Shown in pieces: positions 1 to 6,884 of a stretch of 64,000 bases of DNA. Where the stretch lies: positions 62,001 to 126,000 of the IMG/VR virus record IMGVR_UViG_3300031957_002643; one strand, given 5' to 3'. The notes under the pieces were generated by a model, which saw only the letters and a list, made by a program, of their open reading frames with translations, did not search any database and was not told the DNA's origin. The translations under genes were made by a program, and so were the position numbers. Numbering within the stretch: position 1 is the first letter of the stretch; each line of letters starts with the position of its first letter.

Positions 1-205
1 CTTCATCGTTCGAAAGTGCAGAATCCGCCACCTGATCTGTCCAGACCTCAAGGACCATTTCCGCGATCTCATCGAAATGATTATCGAGAACAGTCATCAG
101 GGCTTCCTGCGTGCTACGCTGGCGAGTTCGTTGCAGATTGTCGATACGAGTAGCAATGAACTCTGAAAGCTTGCTCTTCATATCCGGTTGACGAGTTCCA
201 AACAT
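1..205 (-). CDS. hypothetical protein, runs off the window edge
   Basis: Own translation: ATG at 205 with AAGGAG upstream, MFGTRQPDMKSKLSEFIATRID..., open to position 1. Confidence 0.6.
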   Translation of the reverse strand, partial: MFGTRQPDMKSKLSEFIATRIDNLQRTRQRSTQEALMTVLDNHFDEIAEMVLEVWTDQVADSALSNDE

Positions 206-211
206 TCCTGA

Positions 212-409
212 TTACTCCTTGACAGGGAACATGGTTTCGGGCGGATGACCAACACCACACCAACCGACCATGGCTTGCTCGCAGATGTTGGTTGCTTGAC
301 GTTCAGTATAGCGACCAGCTTCACGCATGTAGTAGGTATAGCCTGCTTTGTTCGGCTTCCACCATGCCTTGTGCTCATCACTCCAAATAAGGTAATAACG
401 CTTGGCCAT
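212..409 (-). CDS. small phage hypothetical protein (YLIWSxEHxAWW...GYT...EAGRY type)
   Basis: ORF 212..424; start moved to MAKRYY, which follows a GAGGA RBS. Confidence 0.7.
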   Translation of the reverse strand: MAKRYYLIWSDEHKAWWKPNKAGYTYYMREAGRYTERQATNICEQAMVGWCGVGHPPETMFPVKE

Positions 410-431
410 TACTAATTCCTCCATGATCTAT

Positions 432-460
432 AACATACACGAAAAAAGTAATAGTGTCAA
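432..460 (-). promoter_or_regulatory. sigma70-type early promoter
   Basis: TTGACA-17nt-TATGTT on the minus strand. Confidence 0.65.
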
Positions 461-462
461 GT

Positions 463-732
463 TTATTCTTGAGCGCAAATAGGATTTCCGCTTTCATCTA
501 ATCTTGCATGAATTGCAATAGAGTAAGAGTCTTGAAGTATGAAATATTGGCATCCGTTATCTAGGTCAGTCATTATACTAACATCCAAAAAACTATACGG
601 ATCATCGAACGCATGAGAAAGTTCAACGCGCCGAACATAATTCTCGGTTTCGGTACTTGTTACGAAAATTCGATTTGGGTCTTCATAACAAGCACTTAAA
701 AGGATGCACAGGGATAATAGCAAATATTTCAT
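463..732 (-). CDS. small lipoprotein
   Basis: Signal peptide with lipobox LSA-C (MKYLLLSLCILLSAC). Confidence 0.7.
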   Translation of the reverse strand: MKYLLLSLCILLSACYEDPNRIFVTSTETENYVRRVELSHAFDDPYSFLDVSIMTDLDNGCQYFILQDSYSIAIHARLDESGNPICAQE

Positions 733-1436
733 TATAATTCTCTTTCGATCTCTACAACTCTATCTAGTCCCAAAGCGAACTCAAATACACGAGTCTCTTC
801 GGAATAATCGTTGCGGATCGACATGGACGCGATTTCTCTCCAACCTTTTTTGGTATGTGCTTCAAGGTCCAGTGTGCTTTCTGAATAGCTTGGCAGTCGA
901 TCAGATTCAACAACACGAATTTTCTTGCCAAGAATTCTGGCAAGCATCGGTTCGACCTCCTTGATCACTGCATCACGATAGTCGGCCTTGGTTCCAACAG
1001 AATAGATACATTGCCATTCTGCTTGATAGAATTCATTAAAGCGAAGCTTGGATGGAGATGCACCATCAGCTTTCTCACGTCTAAAGCTTTTGCCAACCTG
1101 ATACACACAGAATGGGAGCTTTGCACGCTTGTTTGTTTTTTCCAAATGACGTGCAGCGGTATATGATGATGCGGTTGTTTCGCCACGCAAAACAAGTTGC
1201 TCACCAGCCGCTTCGTGGTTGGTTTCGAAAATATCATCACCAGTATATTCGGGCGAAACAAATGAGCGAGGCGTAAGAATTGGCCCTTCGATCTGGAAAA
1301 ACTCCCATGCAGGATTTTTGGCAAGGAGTGCTTTTTTAATCATGAAATTCGTTCTGGAAGAAATCATATCACGCACAAGGATTTCTTCTTCTGACCAGAA
1401 ACGAAGTCCGTCAGTTGGGTATAATGCAGTGCTCAT
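732..1436 (-). CDS. class II aminoacyl-tRNA synthetase catalytic domain, GlyRS(alpha2)-like, no anticodon-binding domain
   Basis: LRGETT (cf. LRPETA), motif 2 QVGKSFRRE...LRFNEFYQAEWQ, motif 3 EFALGLDR at the extreme C-terminus. Confidence 0.8.
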   Translation of the reverse strand: MSTALYPTDGLRFWSEEEILVRDMISSRTNFMIKKALLAKNPAWEFFQIEGPILTPRSFVSPEYTGDDIFETNHEAAGEQLVLRGETTASSYTAARHLEKTNKRAKLPFCVYQVGKSFRREKADGASPSKLRFNEFYQAEWQCIYSVGTKADYRDAVIKEVEPMLARILGKKIRVVESDRLPSYSESTLDLEAHTKKGWREIASMSIRNDYSEETRVFEFALGLDRVVEIEREL

Positions 1437-1441
1437 AAGGA

Positions 1442-1903
1442 TTACCAGTCGTCGTTATCGTTGTATGGAGGGATGATTTCTACAAGGGTATTGCCTATGT
1501 ATCTATCAATCACGGGTTTAAGAAACTTCTTCCCATCGGGTTCATATGATGAGATTTTCAATTTCTTATACCCCTTGTTTTCGGCAAATGCAACAACCGC
1601 AGGAAACAAAGATGTTGCCATCCCCATATTTCGGAATTCAGAATCAACAGAAATGAATTTCATCCATAGCATTTCTGGATCATTAGGATTTTCCTGCAAT
1701 CCAGCAGCGGCTACCAGCTTATTTTTAACTTCTATGTAAAGAATGGTTTCTTCCCAATCCCATCCATAGACCAGATTGGGGGAAAGATAATCGATACGGT
1801 CATAAACATCACTTCCTTCGTATTTTTCAACGAAATCTCTTCCTCGTAATGTTTTGACCTTCCATGACATGAGATTATTTATGTTAAACAATAAATGTTG
1901 CAC
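1442..1903 (-). CDS. GNAT-family acetyltransferase
   Basis: Acetyl-CoA motif ISVDSEFRNMGMATSL. Confidence 0.8.
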   Translation of the reverse strand: MQHLLFNINNLMSWKVKTLRGRDFVEKYEGSDVYDRIDYLSPNLVYGWDWEETILYIEVKNKLVAAAGLQENPNDPEMLWMKFISVDSEFRNMGMATSLFPAVVAFAENKGYKKLKISSYEPDGKKFLKPVIDRYIGNTLVEIIPPYNDNDDW

Positions 1904-2306
1904 CTGCGTTATCGATCAGCCATTGTTTTATAATCGTCAGATTTTTAATTATCTTGTCATCAGAAATGCCACAAGTATCAATATCGGGCATTCCAATATC
2001 GTATAAGGAGTTCACCTCGATAATACCAATACGTTTAAATCTATGTGGGGTTCTAAGCCGTTTTTCCTTTGTTAATGAATAATCGAATACCCAAGATGCT
2101 TCTTCAAAATCAAGCGTTTCGGTTTCATAAATCGACAACCGTTCATATGATGACAGGTCACCAAGTGCAAGGAAACATTGAATAGGTGTTGGCGCTACTG
2201 CGATAAATGGTTCATCGTCTGGATCGCCATTATCAAGACGGACATATCTAGGTTCCATATTTAAGTATGGCGATGTTGAGCTATCTGATAGATGATACAA
2301 TTTCAT
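1884..2306 (-). CDS. hypothetical protein
   Basis: The ORF-track start (2357) lies inside a tRNA; MKLYHLS at 2306 is the plausible start. Confidence 0.65.
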   Translation of the reverse strand: MKLYHLSDSSTSPYLNMEPRYVRLDNGDPDDEPFIAVAPTPIQCFLALGDLSSYERLSIYETETLDFEEASWVFDYSLTKEKRLRTPHRFKRIGIIEVNSLYDIGMPDIDTCGISDDKIIKNLTIIKQWLIDNAGATFIV

Positions 2307-2327
2307 ATTAATACCAGATTTTAAGAA

Positions 2328-2404
2328 TGGCGACCTCGGCAGGACTCGAACCTGCAATCTTCGGATTAGAAGTCCGCTGCATCATCCAGTTATGCTACGA
2401 GGCC
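2328..2404 (-). tRNA. tRNA-Arg (anticodon TCT)
   Basis: GGCCTCG/CGAGGTC acceptor stem, anticodon loop CTTCTAA, T-arm GGTTCGAGTCC, encoded CCA. Confidence 0.93.
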
Positions 2405-2504
2405 ATTTTATACCATGTAAGATTTAACCCAAGCGCCGATCAATGTCAACAGTGCTACTATCATGGCTGTATAGGAAAGCATTGAAAGTATACTAGGTTT
2501 CTTT

Positions 2505-2612
2505 CTATCCATAATATGTAACGGTTATGGCATGAAGTAACGAAATCAGAGCACCAATGGAGGCAATATAACAAATATAAGCACCGATGCCCGGTCTGTC
2601 GGAATTATTCAT
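2505..2612 (-). CDS. 35-aa membrane peptide
   Basis: MNNSDRPGIGAYICYIASIGALISLL... after a GAGG RBS; the longer ORF overlaps a tRNA. Confidence 0.45.
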   Translation of the reverse strand: MNNSDRPGIGAYICYIASIGALISLLHAITVTYYG

Positions 2613-2630
2613 TATATACCTCAAAAGATT

Positions 2631-2707
2631 TGGCACCCCCAGAAGGATTCGAACCTCCGACACGCAGGGTAGAAACCTGCTGCTCTTCCGGGCTGAGCTA
2701 TGGGGGC
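2631..2707 (-). tRNA. tRNA-Arg (anticodon TCT) with atypical loop
   Basis: GCCCCCA/TGGGGGT acceptor stem, anticodon arm GCAGG-TTTCTAC-CCTGC, GGTTCGAATCC, encoded CCA. Confidence 0.88.
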
Positions 2708-2713
2708 ACACGG

Positions 2714-3010
2714 TTACAATGAGTATTTAGCACTGTGTGCTGTTTCAGTCAAGCTGACAAGAAGAGCCTTCAAATTTGGCGCGATGCCTGCGATCTTATT
2801 AAGCAAGTCTAACTGTGCCGCCTTGATCATGTTCTCAGACAAAATTGATACACTAAGAGTTTCGCCATAACCCGACTGAATAATTTCGTTATAAACTCTT
2901 GTGATGGTTTCTTGACTGATCGCAATCCCCTCATTACTCACATCATATTCAAATTTCAATGTTTGATCATCATCAAACGAGAACTTGCACATGTATGCCG
3001 AAGCAGTCAT
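2714..3010 (-). CDS. hypothetical protein
   Basis: 98-aa ORF with AGGA RBS, in a tightly packed operon. Confidence 0.65.
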   Translation of the reverse strand: MTASAYMCKFSFDDDQTLKFEYDVSNEGIAISQETITRVYNEIIQSGYGETLSVSILSENMIKAAQLDLLNKIAGIAPNLKALLVSLTETAHSAKYSL

Positions 3011-3020
3011 CGGTTAATCC

Positions 3021-3245
3021 TTAAACTGTGAAGGACAAGAGCAGCAATACAGTTGCCCATCCTAATTTGAAGAAGGCATGCATTGTTCTGAATCGGTCAT
3101 AAGACCCACAAACATTTAATGCTTCTCTTTCGCTGCCTGCACGTTTTACGATGTATTTCCATGCAGTCAAATCACTGACCAAAATGTATCTCCAAACAAC
3201 GAAGATACAAATTGCCCAAACCGTGTAGTACCAAAAAGTGCTCAT
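3021..3245 (-). CDS. small membrane protein (two TM segments)
   Basis: Hydrophobic N- and C-terminal stretches. Confidence 0.6.
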   Translation of the reverse strand: MSTFWYYTVWAICIFVVWRYILVSDLTAWKYIVKRAGSEREALNVCGSYDRFRTMHAFFKLGWATVLLLLSFTV

Positions 3246-3308
3246 GCATCTTTGGTATCAGGGGGTTCACCATATTGCAACCCCCTGATACTAAAATCAG
3301 CAGATCGC

Positions 3309-3542
3309 TTAGGCGTAATGCGGAAGCGTATAAACTGCGACAGGATAGCCACGAGTGTTGTTACGAGTCGTATTCGTAACAATGGTGCCATTATTGACCA
3401 TCTCAGAAAGACGGGTGGACACCGTGCCACGGTTCAATTCGTAACGATTTACGATTTCCTGACAGGTGCGGCCACGGCCACGAGCGATGGTGAGTTCAGA
3501 AATGATGCGATCCGCAACAGAGTTGATAGTTGATTTTGCCAT
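3309..3542 (-). CDS. winged helix-turn-helix DNA-binding protein
   Basis: TCQEIVNRYELNRGTVSTRLSEMVNNG followed by a beta-wing; AAGGAG RBS. Confidence 0.75.
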   Translation of the reverse strand: MAKSTINSVADRIISELTIARGRGRTCQEIVNRYELNRGTVSTRLSEMVNNGTIVTNTTRNNTRGYPVAVYTLPHYA

Positions 3543-3577
3543 GATAATCTCCTTTAGACTAAATCAAATGCTTGAGA

Positions 3578-4804
3578 TCACATCATAGTACAATCGTGCG
3601 CGGTTTTCACATCACACGCGCGGTCTCTGATATTTTTTGCAGCATTTAAATCTGCATTTTCAGAATGACCACATGAAACACAGTTGAAACTGGATTGGGA
3701 CTTGCGGTTCTCTTTAGCAATATGGCCACAGGCCGAACACTGTTGAGACGTGAACTTTGCTGATACCTCGATAACAGAGCCACCCATAGGTTCTGTCTTG
3801 TATTTTAGCTGTTGTTTAATCGTGTACAAACCGGGCCGCAAAAGTTCACGGTTCAGTCCAGACTTTGCTTTCACGTTCTTTCCCGGTTCTTCAACGGTGC
3901 CTTTTGCCGATTTGGTCATGTTTTTTAACTTCAAATCTTCTACCGCAAAAGTTTTGTTCTTTTTAACCAGTGCAGCCGTGATCTGATGTCGAGATGCCTG
4001 AGTTGCACGTGTTTTGCGCGAATTCAGCTTTCTCTTTTCTACCAAGACTTTCTTGCGTCTATTAGAACCTTTTTTCGCGCGAGACAGCTTGCGTTGTGAC
4101 TGTTTAATACGGGCGTCGAGAACTTCGTCTTTATGGATTTGGTAAACATCACCATCAGATGTCATGATGGTTTTGTTGATACCCATATCAATTCCAATGA
4201 TCTCTTGTGAATGTGGAATCACTGGTTTTGTGACTGTGATTGTTTCAGTCACCGCCAAATGCCATGTTTCTGCTGCCGGGTCATAAACAATACGAGCATT
4301 CGCACCAAGTGAACCTTTGATTTTGGTCCACTTCTTATATTTCACCCATCCTAATTTTGGAATCTTGATACTGTTTTGTCCGAATCTAACATAAACGGTT
4401 TGGCCGCGCGCCTTGCTCACACCATTAATGCGAATATAAATGCCAAATTTATCAAAATACTCTCGTTTGGTAGGATATTTTGCTTTCAATTTGGGATTGA
4501 AGAAATTAGAACGTGCTTGCTCTAGGTCACTCCATGCAGTAAGAATTGAATCTGACGGGGCTTCACGAAGCCATTCGTTGCCATCTTTCTTCTTATATGC
4601 AGTGATGTCAGAAGATTTTAGCGACAGGTATTTGCCCTTACGTTGATCTTCCGGCAAGGGCAAAATCGTATCACGATAATGTTGGTCGTATACATCTAAG
4701 AAATGATTATAGATGTGGCGACATGCGCCTCTCCATTTGAACAATGTTTTTTCTTGTTCGGGAGATGGATACAATGGGAATTTGATACCACGACTGATTT
4801 GCAT
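3578..4804 (-). CDS. tnpB: CRISPR-associated TnpB/Cas12f-like RNA-guided endonuclease (408 aa)
   Basis: N-terminal HTH (KFPLYPSPEQ...GACRHIYN), RuvC-I IGIDMG, RuvC-II AVEDL, zinc finger CSACG/CVSCG, RuvC-III NADLNAAKNI. Confidence 0.93.
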   Translation of the reverse strand: MQISRGIKFPLYPSPEQEKTLFKWRGACRHIYNHFLDVYDQHYRDTILPLPEDQRKGKYLSLKSSDITAYKKKDGNEWLREAPSDSILTAWSDLEQARSNFFNPKLKAKYPTKREYFDKFGIYIRINGVSKARGQTVYVRFGQNSIKIPKLGWVKYKKWTKIKGSLGANARIVYDPAAETWHLAVTETITVTKPVIPHSQEIIGIDMGINKTIMTSDGDVYQIHKDEVLDARIKQSQRKLSRAKKGSNRRKKVLVEKRKLNSRKTRATQASRHQITAALVKKNKTFAVEDLKLKNMTKSAKGTVEEPGKNVKAKSGLNRELLRPGLYTIKQQLKYKTEPMGGSVIEVSAKFTSQQCSACGHIAKENRKSQSSFNCVSCGHSENADLNAAKNIRDRACDVKTAHDCTMM

Positions 4805-4822
4805 TGTTCTTCTTCCAGATAT

Positions 4823-5252
4823 GTTTCAGTTATCATACAAACCAATAGCTGCCCGATCCTATCACCGAAGACAGACTGCTAGGGCTGTTTCAGTTACCAT
4901 ACAAACCAATGGTTACTCGAACAGAACGTGCTTCGCTTCTCGGTGGAGTACTGTTTCAGTTACCATACAAACCAATGGTTACTCGAACTGCTGGACCGCC
5001 ATACTTCGTTTCGCGCTCGTTTCAGTTACCATACAAACCAATGGTTACTCGAACCAACATCAACCGATCTTCATACTCGAACCAGTTTCAGTTACCATAC
5101 AAACCAATGGTTGCTCGAACTTGTTCAAGAAATTGTGTGACCGGATGTAAGTTCCAGTTACCATACAAACCAATGGTTACTTGAACGGTCCTCGAAGTCG
5201 AACCACGGGGTCACATGTTCCAGTTACCATACAAACCAATGGTTACTTGAAC
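4823..5252 (-). CRISPR. CRISPR array: 7 repeats of 36 nt, 6 spacers (one of 28 nt, five of 30 nt)
   Basis: Plus-strand repeat GTTTCAGTTACCATACAAACCAATGGTTACTCGAAC starts at 4823 (6 mismatches), 4887, 4953, 5019, 5085, 5151 and 5217, with unique spacers. Minus orientation is inferred from the degenerate end repeat, the GAAAC 3' end and the promoter. Confidence 0.97.
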
Positions 5253-5480
5253 TGAAACCATAGCATCTCACTAGAAACATTCACGAAACTAGCTATGTAG
5301 CAACCATTAATATGGTAATCGAGCGGATCACAAGGACCTTCCGTGCTCATTTTAACGCTTCATTTGAAAGGCTTCCACCATCTTGTATCATGTTGCCATA
5401 ACCAATCCGGCTTCCACAAATCATCCACGTCTATGACGATCTGAAACAACCGCCATGTGTTCGTGTTGGTGAACACGAAT
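5253..5480 (-). ncRNA. putative tracrRNA/leader scaffold with anti-repeat
   Basis: Non-coding; 5299-5318 AGCAACCATT-AA-TATGGTAA matches two blocks of the reverse-complement repeat; hairpin TTCGTGTT-GGTG-AACACGAA at about 5460-5479. Confidence 0.55.
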
Positions 5481-5482
5481 GC

Positions 5483-5510
5483 ATAATGGTATATTTTTTT
5501 CATTAGTCAA
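5483..5510 (-). promoter_or_regulatory. putative sigma70 promoter for leader-array-tnpB
   Basis: TTGACT-16nt-CATTAT on the minus strand. Confidence 0.5.
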
Positions 5511-5543
5511 CGAGAAAATGCACAATAAATACCTCTGACGCAT

Positions 5544-6479
5544 ATGGAGCATTTTATGTCAGCTAAGCAGCAAAATCCACTATTGGACGATCTAGACAAT
5601 TTACCTCACATCACAATCACCTTGCCATCAAAGGGATTATTCTATGATGAGGATATGTTTGTAGAAGGAACCGATCCTACTGAATTGGAGGTTCATCCAT
5701 TTACGATGTGGGAAGAGGTTCATCATAGTAATCCGTTTGCCATCATGAGTGGCAAGGCTACTCGCAAAATGGTGAATACCGTTGCACCTGAGATCAAGAA
5801 TCCTGATGGTCTATGTTCTTATGATGTTGATATTCTAATGCTCGCGGGCCGAATGGCTTCTTATGGCGACAAAATGAAAATCACATTGACCTGTGGTAAT
5901 CCCGATCATGTTCGAGAAGTCGAAGAGAATGGTCAAAAGAAAAAGGTCAAATGCGAATCTAAAACGGATATGGATGTCAATATTCGCGAATTGATCAATG
6001 GTTATCCGATGATCGAAAATACGGATGATTGGAATGTGGAATTGCCAAATGGGCAAAAGGTCACGTTCCGACCAACATTGTATAATGATATGTTGAGTGC
6101 AATGAAAATTGGTGTGTCTCAGGAGAAGATCAATCAGATTATCAGAACCATGAAGGATTTGCCTGAAGAAAAGATATTCGAACTATCTGACCAAAGTGTT
6201 GATAACTTGATGAATGTGAAATTGGTCACGACTGTTTCAAGTATTAAATCGGTCATCACATCTGATGGTTCTAAAACGATTAAAGATCGGGACATGATTG
6301 TGCAGTGGTTGAGTCGTCTGAATGCCGATTACATCGATATTATCCAAGACAAGTTGGACGAATTGTCGGCACCATTCGAAAACACTGGTCGCGTTTCATA
6401 TGTGTGCCCTGAATGCGGATACGAAAACAAAGGCATTAATCTGGTTCAGGATCAATCGCGTTTTTTTACTCGCGGCTAA
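5544..6479 (+). CDS. T4 gp26/gp51-like baseplate hub or tail assembly chaperone
   Basis: ITLPSKGLFY, DVDILMLAGRMASYGD, C-terminal CPECG...FF; lies upstream of the tape measure; start probably 5556. Confidence 0.8.
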   Translation: MEHFMSAKQQNPLLDDLDNLPHITITLPSKGLFYDEDMFVEGTDPTELEVHPFTMWEEVHHSNPFAIMSGKATRKMVNTVAPEIKNPDGLCSYDVDILMLAGRMASYGDKMKITLTCGNPDHVREVEENGQKKKVKCESKTDMDVNIRELINGYPMIENTDDWNVELPNGQKVTFRPTLYNDMLSAMKIGVSQEKINQIIRTMKDLPEEKIFELSDQSVDNLMNVKLVTTVSSIKSVITSDGSKTIKDRDMIVQWLSRLNADYIDIIQDKLDELSAPFENTGRVSYVCPECGYENKGINLVQDQSRFFTRG

Positions 6480-6718
6480 GAGAAGCCGATACCCCGCAAG
6501 AAGTTTATAAAATAATCGAAGACTCTTTTAAAGACACTGATAAACTAGTTGACTCTTTTGCAGAAATCGCTATAATATCAAAGGGAGGTATTACTTACGC
6601 TGAACTTAAGCAGATGCCGCCACGAGAGTTCTTGGTTGTCCAAAAGGCACTATCTAGATATCTCAAGGCAATGGCAAAAGCTAACGGTGCAAAAGATACC
6701 TTCGAGATTGGAGGCTGA
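6461..6718 (+). CDS. -1 frameshift extension of the tail chaperone
   Basis: T TTT TTT at 6461-6467; the -1 frame is open for 83 codons (YSRLREAD...KGGITYAELKQMPPREF...GG*) with no early start codon. Confidence 0.75.
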   Translation, partial: FFYSRLREADTPQEVYKIIEDSFKDTDKLVDSFAEIAIISKGGITYAELKQMPPREFLVVQKALSRYLKAMAKANGAKDTFEIGG

Positions 6719-6719
6719 T

Positions 6720-6863
6720 ATGCTGTCTTGGTTTGGAATTTCATCGAATACTGCGTACTTCGCATGGTGCGCACCGTTTCTTCTGATTTATGCCTTTTGG
6801 CATCTGATGCAAATCGGGCGTCAAATGGAACTCGAAGAAGCTGCGAAGAAAGAAGAACAGTAA
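6720..6863 (+). CDS. 47-aa membrane protein
   Basis: GGAGG RBS, then MLSWFG...; one TM segment and a charged tail. Confidence 0.6.
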   Translation: MLSWFGISSNTAYFAWCAPFLLIYAFWHLMQIGRQMELEEAAKKEEQ

Positions 6864-6884
6864 TTTCTTTAGATAAATAGCTGT

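Noticed and set aside
2631-2707. Amber suppressor tRNA (CTA in the loop) and TAG recoding
   Set aside because: The 5-bp stem and 7-nt loop centre TCT as the anticodon. Core genes are intact in the standard code and some end in TAG (e.g. the protease at 12940).
3578-4804. IS200/IS605 or IS607 mobile element
   Set aside because: No tnpA or serine recombinase, no recognisable element ends; the flanks are a CRISPR repeat and the next gene's RBS.
4713-5184. Plus-strand ORFs with repeated peptides (VSVTIQTNG, FQLPYKPMV)
   Set aside because: Translations of the 66-nt CRISPR period.
4859-5216. Self-targeting spacers within the window
   Set aside because: No protospacer noticed by eye. This is not an exhaustive search and needs alignment.
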